Source: Vicinamibacterales bacterium (GTDB lineage: Bacteria; Acidobacteriota; Vicinamibacteria; Vicinamibacterales; UBA8438). Taken from it: a DNA stretch of 64,000 nt. Positions 34,734 through 43,260 of the stretch are shown here, one piece after another. Under the pieces are notes generated by a model. It was not told where the DNA came from and ran no database searches. It saw only the letters and a list, made by a program, of their open reading frames with translations. Every line of letters begins with the position of its first letter. The stretch's first letter is position 1. The translations under genes were made by a program, and so were the position numbers. Location of the stretch: NCBI GenBank assembly GCA_965223015.1, contig CBDCVL010000002.1, positions 387,899-451,898 on the forward strand. The letters run 5' to 3'.

Positions 34734-37052
34734 TTACCGAGGTTGTAGGTCCACTTCTTCAAAATAGTCAGGTTTGACAAGGACCTCTCGGGGTTTACCG
34801 GTGGTTCCCGACGATACCAGGCCGTCCGCCTCCATCATGTCGACCAGCCGCGCGGCGCGGCTGAAGCCAATCCGCAGACGCCGCTGCAGGTACGAGATCG
34901 ACGCTTGACCGCTTGAGACGACGATTCTTGCCGCTTGGTCGTACAGATCGTCCTTGGCGAACTCGACGACATCGGGTGCCTTCTCGTCGGCCGTGATGCC
35001 CTCGTCGTACCCCGGTTTACCCTGCTTGCGGAGAAAGCTCGCGAGCCGCGCCGTCTCCTGTTCCGAAATATACGGACCGTGCAGTCTGACGCAGCGCGAC
35101 GACGCTGGCGGAAGATAGAGCATGTCGCCCTTGCCCAGGAGCTGCTCTGCGCCGTTCGCATCCAAGATTGTTCGTGAGTCGACCTTCGAGGAGACTCGAA
35201 ACGCGATCCGCGCGGGGAGATTCGCCTTGATGAGCCCCGTAATAACGTCGACTGACGGCCGCTGGGTCGCGAGGATGAGGTGAATCCCAACGGCCCGCGC
35301 CATTTGCGCGAGTCGGGCGATCGATTCCTCGACATCGCTACTTGCAACCATCATGAGGTCAGCCAGCTCATCGATGGCAAGCACAACGTAGGGAAGTGGT
35401 CGCGGTTCTGCCTCCTCTGCACCGCCTCCACTTGCCTCTGCGGAGCGCGGGTTCTCCTTCGCTTGCTGGGCTACGTTTCGGTTGTACTGATCGATGTTCC
35501 GGACGCCCGCGGTCGCGAGTTGCTTGTAGCGTTCCTCCATTTCGCGTACCGCCCATCGCAACGCGTTGGCTGCCTTCTTGGGGTCAACCACGACCGGCGT
35601 GAGCAGGTGTGGAATATCCTCGTACATCCCAAGCTCGAGCCGCTTCGGGTCGATCAGAATAAGGCGGACGTCGTCGGGGGTCGCGCGATAGAGGATGCTG
35701 GTGAGCATCGCGTTCATCCCGACTGATTTTCCGGTGCCAGTCGATCCTGCGATCAGCAGGTGCGGCATCTTGGCGAGATCGGCGACGATCGGTTCCCCGT
35801 GAATACTCTTGCCAAGGGCCAGAGTCAGTTTCGACGCGGACCGGCGGTAGAGCTCCGACTCCAAGAGCTGTCGGAGCGAAATTTCGTCACGAACCTGATT
35901 GGGAATCTGGATCCCGACGGTCGATTTGCCAGGAATTCTCTCGATCAGAACCGACTCGGCCTGCATCGCAAGGCATAGGTCATCGGCGAGGCCTGTGACC
36001 TTGCTGTACTTGACGCCGGCGTCGGGCTTGAACTCGAACGTGGTGACGACTGGACCCGGGTGGATTTGGACAACCGATCCTTCAACAGAGAACTCTCGGC
36101 ACTTCTCTTCGAGAAGCTTGGCGTTCTCCATGAGGATGCGCTCGTCGAACTTCTGGACGGCCTTGGGAGAGTCGAGCAACGCAGCTGGCGGAAGGGTAAA
36201 CACGCCCTTGCGACGTTCTACCGGTGGTCGAGCCGACAGCTCAGGCAAAGGTAGCTGAGGCGGTACGGGAGGCACATCGACGGCCCCGGCCGCGACCGTG
36301 GGCCGCTTCTTCTTACTCTTGCCGCCACGCGCTGACCGCGAAAGGCCCTCTTGAGTCTGAGCGCGGCTCCGTGCCAGGACCTCGGCGCGCGCGCTCGATG
36401 AGTCAGATCGTTCCAGATGCTTCTTGATGACACCCTGGCGCTGCTTTTCGCGCTGACGGTGTGCCCACCATTGACGGACCGTAGAGGTGCCAACGCCGCT
36501 CCACCGCCGGACATGTCCACCGGTGCTGGCGAGCAATCGACCGAACGAGAACTGCGTTGAAAGGATGACGGACAGGAATAAGAGGGTCAGGATGACGATG
36601 CTCGAGCCGGTACGGTTTAGGTAGGCTGCCAGCGTGCCGGCCAGCCACTCCCCAAGGTAGCCGCCAGTGCGGAACGGCTTTCCCGACGACTCCACCGTTC
36701 CGAAGGCCAGGCTGAGGAACGATGCCGAGCACGCGAACATGACAGCCAGGCCCACCAGCTTGGTGTACGCGGCCTCAATCGCGCGACACCAGAAGTAGTG
36801 CCAGCCCAGCACGACCAAGAGAATCGGGACCAGGTACGATGCGAATCCGAATGTCTGAAACGACATTTCGGCAAGAAACGCACCGACTCGTCCAACGAAG
36901 TTCGCCGGAGGCACTTGCCCTCCGGTATTGAAGAACCAGACGGCGTCCGTCGCGTCATAGGTGGCGAGGGCGATCAACCACACGAGAGCGAGCGCGAAAA
37001 GCGCGACTCCGACGAATTCACTCACTCGGCGTGATAGAGCGGTTGACGACAC
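34734..37052 (-). CDS. ftsK: DNA translocase FtsK
   Basis: 772-aa ORF. 4-5 N-terminal TM helices, Walker A GSTGTGKS, C-terminal gamma winged-helix (SISYLQRRLRIGFSRAARL). Confidence 0.9.
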   Translation of the reverse strand: MSSTALSRRVSEFVGVALFALALVWLIALATYDATDAVWFFNTGGQVPPANFVGRVGAFLAEMSFQTFGFASYLVPILLVVLGWHYFWCRAIEAAYTKLVGLAVMFACSASFLSLAFGTVESSGKPFRTGGYLGEWLAGTLAAYLNRTGSSIVILTLLFLSVILSTQFSFGRLLASTGGHVRRWSGVGTSTVRQWWAHRQREKQRQGVIKKHLERSDSSSARAEVLARSRAQTQEGLSRSARGGKSKKKRPTVAAGAVDVPPVPPQLPLPELSARPPVERRKGVFTLPPAALLDSPKAVQKFDERILMENAKLLEEKCREFSVEGSVVQIHPGPVVTTFEFKPDAGVKYSKVTGLADDLCLAMQAESVLIERIPGKSTVGIQIPNQVRDEISLRQLLESELYRRSASKLTLALGKSIHGEPIVADLAKMPHLLIAGSTGTGKSVGMNAMLTSILYRATPDDVRLILIDPKRLELGMYEDIPHLLTPVVVDPKKAANALRWAVREMEERYKQLATAGVRNIDQYNRNVAQQAKENPRSAEASGGGAEEAEPRPLPYVVLAIDELADLMMVASSDVEESIARLAQMARAVGIHLILATQRPSVDVITGLIKANLPARIAFRVSSKVDSRTILDANGAEQLLGKGDMLYLPPASSRCVRLHGPYISEQETARLASFLRKQGKPGYDEGITADEKAPDVVEFAKDDLYDQAARIVVSSGQASISYLQRRLRIGFSRAARLVDMMEADGLVSSGTTGKPREVLVKPDYFEEVDLQPR

Positions 37053-37054
37053 GA

Positions 37055-38731
37055 CTAGATCTCCATGAGAACTGGCAGCACGAGCGGGCGCCGCCCTGAT
37101 CGCCTGCGGAGGAAGCGCTGAAGCTCGATCCGGACGCGCTCTTCAAGGGCCTCGAGATCCGTGTGCTCTTCTGAGCTGGCGGAACCCACGGCGTCCTCTA
37201 CGAGAGCCAGAATCTCGCGACGAAGCGTCTCTTCCGAGGGGTTGGTCGCGAAGCCTCGAGTCGCAAGGGCCGGCTCGCCAATGAGCCCACCAGCCTGCCG
37301 GTCCAGTGCGGCAACAAGGACGACGACTCCGTTGCCCGCAAGATGACGCCGGTCGCGGAGTACGTCATCTGCGATTTCACCAGCGCGTGTGCGATCGATG
37401 AGGACGCGGCCAGTCGGAAACGGGCGGCCTTTCCAGGCGCCTTCCGGATCAAAGCAGAGCCGGTCACCGTTCTCCATCAGGAAGACCTCCGTGTGTCCCG
37501 CCGCTACCGACCGCACGAGGCCGGCATGCCTGGCGAGGTAGCGGTACTCTCCATGTATCGGCACGAAATGGCGCGGCCTGACGACCGACAGCATGAGCTT
37601 GAGATCTTCGGTGCTGGCGTGGCCGGACACATGGATGGGTCGGTCGCCTTCATGGATGATCTCGGCTCCGCGTCGGGCCACATGGTCCATGAGCCGACCG
37701 ATCGCTCGCAGATTGCCCGGAATCGCTCGTGCCGAGAAGACGACAACATCATCAGGTTCGAGCGTGATGTGCCGGTGATGGCCAGCGGCAATACGTGAAA
37801 GCGCTGCGAACGGTTCCCCCTGGGAGCCGGTGACGAGGCAGACGATGTCGCGTGCATCGTGATTGCCGACGGTGTTTTCATCAACGCGAGTGCCATCTGG
37901 GATCCGGAGGTGCCCAAGCCGTTCGGCAATAGCGGCGTTCTCTTGCAGTCCCCGACCGACGAGTGCAACCCTTCGGTTGAAACGTACCGCCAGGTCGATC
38001 AGGAGCTGGACACGGTGAAGACTCGACGCAAAAGTCGCGACAATGACCTTGCCGGCCGCACGAGCCAGGATCTCCTCGAAGGCCGGGACGACGTCTTGCT
38101 CGGAACCAGTGAAGCCCGGTCGCTCGGCGTTCGTCGAATCTGCGAAGAGTGCCAACACGCCGGACTGACCGAGCTCCGTCAGGCGCTGAGTGTCGACCTG
38201 TCGACCATCAAGGGGGGTTCGGTCGAACTTGAAGTCCCCGGTGTGGACGATGGTTCCAACGGGACTATGGACAGCCAAGGCGACGCAGTCGGGCATGCTG
38301 TGGGTGACGTGTAGAAACTCGATGTCGAGTGGGCCAACGGCGACCGACTGGCCGGCGGTCACGGGTACGAGCTGGTTGCCCGGGACGATCCCATGCTCCT
38401 CAAGCTTTGGTTCGAGGAGACCGAGCGTGAGCGCGGTTCCATACACCGGACCGTCGAGCAGGTCCCATACGTATGGGACTCCCCCGATATGGTCCTCGTG
38501 CCCATGTGTGAGGACCATGCCCGCCAAGCGTTGCTCCGACGCACGAAAATGCGAGAGATCGGGAATCATCAGGTCGACACCAAGACTAGACGGGCCTGGA
38601 AACATGACGCCCGCATCGAGAAGAATCGTCGTGTCGCCGCTCGAGACGGCCATGGTGTTCATGCCAAACTCGCCGAGACCGCCAAGCGGTATGACTTCCA
38701 AGGATGACTGGCGGTCGGACAAAGGACACAC
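37055..38731 (-). CDS. rnj: ribonuclease J
   Basis: 558-aa ORF. Metallo-beta-lactamase HGHEDHIGG plus beta-CASP. GTG start. Confidence 0.9.
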   Translation of the reverse strand: MCPLSDRQSSLEVIPLGGLGEFGMNTMAVSSGDTTILLDAGVMFPGPSSLGVDLMIPDLSHFRASEQRLAGMVLTHGHEDHIGGVPYVWDLLDGPVYGTALTLGLLEPKLEEHGIVPGNQLVPVTAGQSVAVGPLDIEFLHVTHSMPDCVALAVHSPVGTIVHTGDFKFDRTPLDGRQVDTQRLTELGQSGVLALFADSTNAERPGFTGSEQDVVPAFEEILARAAGKVIVATFASSLHRVQLLIDLAVRFNRRVALVGRGLQENAAIAERLGHLRIPDGTRVDENTVGNHDARDIVCLVTGSQGEPFAALSRIAAGHHRHITLEPDDVVVFSARAIPGNLRAIGRLMDHVARRGAEIIHEGDRPIHVSGHASTEDLKLMLSVVRPRHFVPIHGEYRYLARHAGLVRSVAAGHTEVFLMENGDRLCFDPEGAWKGRPFPTGRVLIDRTRAGEIADDVLRDRRHLAGNGVVVLVAALDRQAGGLIGEPALATRGFATNPSEETLRREILALVEDAVGSASSEEHTDLEALEERVRIELQRFLRRRSGRRPLVLPVLMEI

Positions 38732-38929
38732 ACTGAAAATGGTCGATAGTCGTGTTCGCCGGGCCGCGAAGCGGTCACGCTCAGCTCTCCGACGTGTTCT
38801 CTTGAGTGCGCGGCCACGGCGCCCTGGCAGGCGTGTGTCACGCGCGACCCGGAGGGGATATCCGAATCACGTCAGCAGGCAGCTGGGTGTGCCTACATGG
38901 GTATGAAAAACGGGGCAGTATAGCACAGG

Positions 38930-39763
38930 TCAATCCCGGTTGGCGGCCAGAACATCTGACAACTCAGCAAGTTCCGCCAATTCGAGCTCCGCCGGTCGAT
39001 GTCTCGGATCGACCCCCGCCTGTCGAAAGACCTCCTCCGCTGACAGTCGACTCAGTTGCGAGACGAGCGGTCGTAGAGCATTGACGGCCGTCTTCCGTCG
39101 CTGGGTAAAAATTCCCCGAACGATGCGATTGAGGAGGGCCGAGTCACGCACTGACACCGGAGGAGGCCGGAAGCGAAGCGTGACCACCGCTGACCGCACG
39201 CGTGGTATCGGGCGAAACGCTCCAGGCGGCAGGGACAACGCGCGGGCCGGTTCGGCGTGCAGTCGCGTGGCGATGGCCAGGGGCCCCCAGTCTCGGCTGT
39301 TTGGGGATGCCGTGACCCGATCCGCGACTTCCCGTTGGAGCATCACCACGGCGTCCTTCAGTCGCGTGCCGTGGCCGCTCCACTGGAGAAGAGCGAGCAG
39401 GATTGGCGACCCCACGCTGTAGGGAAGGTTTCCCACGACGCGAATCGGTTCGTCGGGCAGGTCAGGGATGTGCGCGAGATCGAGTGCCAGGACGTCACGT
39501 TCGATGATCGTGACGTTCGAGGGAACTGAGGGTCTCAGCGATGCAACGAGGTCGCGGTCGATCTCGACTGCGATGATACGGGCGCGCGATCTGGCCAGGG
39601 CGAGTGTCAAGGCACCGCGACCTGCCCCGATCTCAATGAAGGTGTCGGTCGGCTGCGGCTGAATAATGTCTACGACTCGGTCAACCCAGACGGACTGCAG
39701 GAAGTGCTGAGCGAAGCGTCGCTTGGCTCTTGATGGCACGGTCGTCCTGAGTCTCGGCGTCAC
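38930..39763 (-). CDS. rsmA: 16S rRNA (adenine1518/1519-N6)-dimethyltransferase
   Basis: 277-aa ORF. FIEIGAGRGALT, VVGNLPY. Confidence 0.9.
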   Translation of the reverse strand: MTPRLRTTVPSRAKRRFAQHFLQSVWVDRVVDIIQPQPTDTFIEIGAGRGALTLALARSRARIIAVEIDRDLVASLRPSVPSNVTIIERDVLALDLAHIPDLPDEPIRVVGNLPYSVGSPILLALLQWSGHGTRLKDAVVMLQREVADRVTASPNSRDWGPLAIATRLHAEPARALSLPPGAFRPIPRVRSAVVTLRFRPPPVSVRDSALLNRIVRGIFTQRRKTAVNALRPLVSQLSRLSAEEVFRQAGVDPRHRPAELELAELAELSDVLAANRD

Positions 39764-39782
39764 CGGTGCGGGCTGGGGCGCA

Positions 39783-40418
39783 TCATTGAGCTGGCGGAGC
39801 TGGCGGCGTCGCGATGCGCGACGGGCAATCGGCCTGCACGTGGCAGCGGTGGCACAACGGTTTCGGTTTGCAAATACGGCGACCGTGGAGAATCAGGGTA
39901 TCGGATGCGATCGTCCACTGGTCTGGCGGCAGTACGGCGCATAGTTGCTGCTCGGCAATCTTCGGGTCGTCACTGTGTGCGATCCCGAGGCGATTGGAAA
40001 CGCGAAGTACGTGCCGGTCGACCGGGAATCCGGGCACGCCAAGTGCGTGACCGAGCACAACGTTGGCGGTCTTCCTACCGACACCCGGCAACTTGACGAG
40101 CTCCGCCATGGTTGACGGCACCGCGCCTGCGTGGTGCTCGACAAGGGCGGCCGCCATGCCAGTGATGGATCTCGCTTTCGCTCGAAAGAATCCGGTCGAG
40201 ACGATGTGAGGTTCCACCTCCTCTGGGGTTGCCCGTGACAGTGCCTCAGGATCGGGATAACGGGCGAAGAGGTGAGGAGTGACGAGGTTGACCCGCGCGT
40301 CAGTGCACTGCGCGGAAAGGATCGTAGCGACGAGCAGCTCGAACGCGTTGTGGAAGTCGAGCTCCGTGAATGCGGCCGGATGCTGGTCCTGGAGGCCCGA
40401 CACGATCCGCTGGACCAC
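39783..40418 (-). CDS. nth: endonuclease III
   Basis: 211-aa ORF. HhH LPGVGRKTANVVL, Fe-S cluster CKPKPLCHRCHVQADC. Confidence 0.9.
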   Translation of the reverse strand: MVQRIVSGLQDQHPAAFTELDFHNAFELLVATILSAQCTDARVNLVTPHLFARYPDPEALSRATPEEVEPHIVSTGFFRAKARSITGMAAALVEHHAGAVPSTMAELVKLPGVGRKTANVVLGHALGVPGFPVDRHVLRVSNRLGIAHSDDPKIAEQQLCAVLPPDQWTIASDTLILHGRRICKPKPLCHRCHVQADCPSRIATPPAPPAQ

Positions 40419-40465
40419 AGCGGCCGGTTTGGGAGAGGCGACGTTTGCTACACGACGCGCGGCGC

Positions 40466-40804
40466 TCAGTGGATCGGATCCTTCTTCGGTTCAGGAGATG
40501 TGATCCCCTTTATCCCGACCTGCGGCGAGCCCTCGCTGAACGAGCGAAGATGCTCCTGGAGGGCTGCAATGAGATTGGGTACGAACTGGATAGGGACGAC
40601 GATCTTCGCCCGAACCGGCGCGCGCAGTACCCGGTCGCTGGCTGCGTCGCGAACTTCCTTGTCCGATGGTGGAAGCACTTCACAGAACGTCAGGGTGAAG
40701 TCGAACGGCGTGTGTGAGATAGCGCAGAAGTTTGCGTAGGTGCGACTGGCGTCTCCCGACTCATCGGGGACGATGGTGAAGTTGATCTGCTTGCGATCGC
40801 TCAT
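40466..40804 (-). CDS. DUF3467-like small protein
   Basis: 112-aa ORF. INFTIVPDE..YANF..ISHTPFDFTLTF pattern recalled for DUF3467. SD AAGGAGA. Confidence 0.6.
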   Translation of the reverse strand: MSDRKQINFTIVPDESGDASRTYANFCAISHTPFDFTLTFCEVLPPSDKEVRDAASDRVLRAPVRAKIVVPIQFVPNLIAALQEHLRSFSEGSPQVGIKGITSPEPKKDPIH

Positions 40805-40878
40805 GAGTCTCCTTCAGAGTCGAAAACCGGTTTCGTCGCGCCAAGGCAGTCTTTGCCGCGCGTTCGGGATCACGGTGA

Positions 40879-40889
40879 CGGGACACTAG
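40879..40889 (-). repeat. solo 11-nt match to the R1 repeat terminus (CTAGTGTCCCG) at the lexA stop codon
   Basis: The minus strand reads TAC-TAG-TGTCCCG, identical to the first 11 nt of copy 1. No partner arm is present. Confidence 0.25.
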
Positions 40890-41506
40890 TATCTTCGCAT
40901 GACTCCGACGACAACGCCCTGAATCCGAACCTGGCTCGCGTCGACGACCAGGGGGCGGAGCTTCTCGTTAGCAGGCTGCAGGCGAATCCGACCATTGTCC
41001 CGATAGAATTTCTTCAACGTCACGTCAGCACCCTGCAGCAGCGCGATCACCATTTCACCGTTCTCGGCGGTCTTCCGATCCTCCACGATCACGATGTCAC
41101 CGTCTCGAATCTGCTCGTCGATCATCGACTCGCCGCGAACCCGAAGGGCGTAGGTGTCCCGCTTCCCAACAAGGTCGTCGGGGACGGCCACGGTCTCGTC
41201 GCTCACGACCGCTTCAATCGGTACGCCGGCGGCAACGTGACCGAGCAGTGGCAAGTCGATCGCCCGCGTGCCCACACGAGTCGGTACAAGTTCGACGGAG
41301 CGACTCCGGTTCCAGGCGCGTTTGATGAAACCCTTCTCCTGAAGGTTTGTTAGGTGCTTGTGAACCGTGGCAAGTGAGGAGAGGCCGAACCGACGGCCGA
41401 TTTCCTCCAGGCTGGGGGCATACCCGCGCTGATCGATGAACTCATTCAGATAGTCAAGGATCTCACGCTGACGCTTGGTTAGTGGCTGCACTGACTCCTC
41501 CTGCAT
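40886..41506 (-). CDS. lexA: LexA repressor
   Basis: Track ORF 40886..41575 (GTG). ATG 41506 gives MQEESVQPLTKRQREILDYL (wHTH). Catalytic GESM Ser and downstream Lys (VTLKKF). Confidence 0.9.
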   Translation of the reverse strand: MQEESVQPLTKRQREILDYLNEFIDQRGYAPSLEEIGRRFGLSSLATVHKHLTNLQEKGFIKRAWNRSRSVELVPTRVGTRAIDLPLLGHVAAGVPIEAVVSDETVAVPDDLVGKRDTYALRVRGESMIDEQIRDGDIVIVEDRKTAENGEMVIALLQGADVTLKKFYRDNGRIRLQPANEKLRPLVVDASQVRIQGVVVGVMRRY

Positions 41507-41528
41507 CGAGTGTCGGGAGATGGGACGC

Positions 41529-41557
41529 ACTATATGCAAACAAAAAGCGAAAATCAA
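41529..41557 (-). promoter_or_regulatory. candidate lexA promoter TTGATT-17-TATAGT
   Basis: Read on the minus strand. The -10 ends ~22 nt before ATG 41506. Confidence 0.5.
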
Positions 41558-41570
41558 CCGACTGCGTGCA

Positions 41571-41585
41571 GGCACGCGGCGTGCC
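41571..41585. promoter_or_regulatory. perfect 15-bp palindrome GGCACGC-G-GCGTGCC in the lexA/pfkB divergent region
   Basis: Read directly, ~14 nt upstream of the lexA -35. Function unknown. Confidence 0.3.
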
Positions 41586-41637
41586 TGGGGTCGTGTCTGG
41601 CGCCGACCGGGCTCTGGGCGGCGATAGCATAGAGGTT

Positions 41638-42579
41638 GTGAGAATACCTCTGGACCTACCGGCGGCGGGGACGAGTCGGTTCGACGCCGTCGGCTTCGGA
41701 CTCAATACGATGGACATCTTGGCGGTCGTAGATAGCTACCCAGAGCCGGGAAGCAAGGGACCGATTCGGCAACTGGACGCGTTGCCGGGCGGACAGGCAG
41801 CGACCGCCATGACGGCATGCAGCCGACTCGGTTGGCGGGCGCGATATGTCGGTCATTTTGGAGATGATCCGTACGGGATGAGCGGTCTGGAGAGCCTGCG
41901 CGCTGCTGGAGTCGATGTTACGGAGTGCAAGACGATTCGGGGTGCAACGAACGCGCTGTCGCTGATTTTGGTCGATCGGAGGTCGGGTCAGCGCACAGTG
42001 CTCTGGTCGCGCCACCCCTCGTTGAAGATGAACGCGGGCGATGTCTCGGCGGAGGCGGTTTGCTCGGGTCGGGTCCTACTGGTCGATTGCCACGAAACCG
42101 AGGCAGCCACCGAGGCGGCCCAATACGCCCGGGGCTCGGGAATCCCGACCGTTGTCGACGTCGAGAAGGTGCGCCCGGGAATCGAAGCCCTTTTGGATCA
42201 GGTTGACGTCATCATTACAGCGCAGGACTTTCCGACTCAGCTGACCGGCGTTGATGGTCTTGGGGCCGCACTTCGCGCGATACGCCGTGCCTTCCGTCCA
42301 GCGCTCGTGTGCACGACGTTGGGAGAGGCCGGGAGCCTGACGTTGACGGCCGAAGGCGAAATCAGGATCCCGGGGTTTCGGGTCGACACGGTTGACACAA
42401 CCGGAGCTGGCGACGTGTTCAGGGGAGGGTTTATTGCGGGTTGGCTCCTTGGTGGCGCGGAGGCGCGGGTCGAAGATGTATTGCGATACGCAAACGCGAC
42501 AGCGGCGCTGAAGTGTCGCGCACTGGGCGGACGATCGGGCATTCCCACCCGGGAGGAGGTTGCGGCTCTCATGATGTAA
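41638..42579 (+). CDS. PfkB-family sugar/nucleoside kinase
   Basis: Track ORF 41482..42579 overlaps lexA, so the start is provisionally GTG 41638. DTTGAGDVFRGGF anion-hole motif. Confidence 0.75.
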   Translation: MRIPLDLPAAGTSRFDAVGFGLNTMDILAVVDSYPEPGSKGPIRQLDALPGGQAATAMTACSRLGWRARYVGHFGDDPYGMSGLESLRAAGVDVTECKTIRGATNALSLILVDRRSGQRTVLWSRHPSLKMNAGDVSAEAVCSGRVLLVDCHETEAATEAAQYARGSGIPTVVDVEKVRPGIEALLDQVDVIITAQDFPTQLTGVDGLGAALRAIRRAFRPALVCTTLGEAGSLTLTAEGEIRIPGFRVDTVDTTGAGDVFRGGFIAGWLLGGAEARVEDVLRYANATAALKCRALGGRSGIPTREEVAALMM

Positions 42580-42648
42580 CGGATGGTCGCTGCCGTACAT
42601 CTTGCGGCAGCGCGGCCCCGCTACTACACTCGCTTCAGAGTGCCTTCA

Positions 42649-43257
42649 ATGCGGCAGCGAGTTCTTGCGGGCGTGTCGTTCGTCATTATTGCCGCAACCG
42701 CGCTCGACGGCCGTGAGCGCTTCCAATCGGAGAACCCCTTGACGATGGAAGACGGGCAGCGCCTGGAGCAGAAGGTCGAACAGCTCTCTCGGCCTGCGTC
42801 GGACGCGCGGCGACACGCACCGGTCGTACTCTACCAGCGCGAAGTGAACGCCTATCTTCGCTTTCAGGCAGCGCCGGAATTCCCGACGGGCGTGACGGAG
42901 CCGTTTGTCGCGCTCGGGGATGGGGGCGGAGTGACGGTCTCGGCCACTGTGGACCTCTCTGGGTTACGGGACGTTCGTCCTCGTAGCCTATTCGACCCGT
43001 TGCGCTACTTGGGTGGAAACCTCCCGGTCTCTGCCCGCGGTGTACTGCGAACAGAGCGAGGCATCGGCCGTGTTGACGTTGTGGCGGTCACGGTTGGTGG
43101 AGTGCCGGTGCCGGCTACTGTTCTCTCTGAGCTGGTGCGCTACTACTCCCGCAACGAACAGCGACCGGATGGGGTCGACCTCGCCGAACCGTTCGAGTTG
43201 CCGTACGGTGTGACGGAGGTACGAGTGGAGCACGAGCAGGCGGTCGTGGTGCGGTAG
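42649..43257 (+). CDS. hypothetical membrane-anchored/secreted protein
   Basis: Track ORF 42583..43257. ATG 42649 gives MRQRVLAGVSFVIIAATAL. No motif recognised. Confidence 0.5.
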   Translation: MRQRVLAGVSFVIIAATALDGRERFQSENPLTMEDGQRLEQKVEQLSRPASDARRHAPVVLYQREVNAYLRFQAAPEFPTGVTEPFVALGDGGGVTVSATVDLSGLRDVRPRSLFDPLRYLGGNLPVSARGVLRTERGIGRVDVVAVTVGGVPVPATVLSELVRYYSRNEQRPDGVDLAEPFELPYGVTEVRVEHEQAVVVR

Positions 43258-43260
43258 CCA

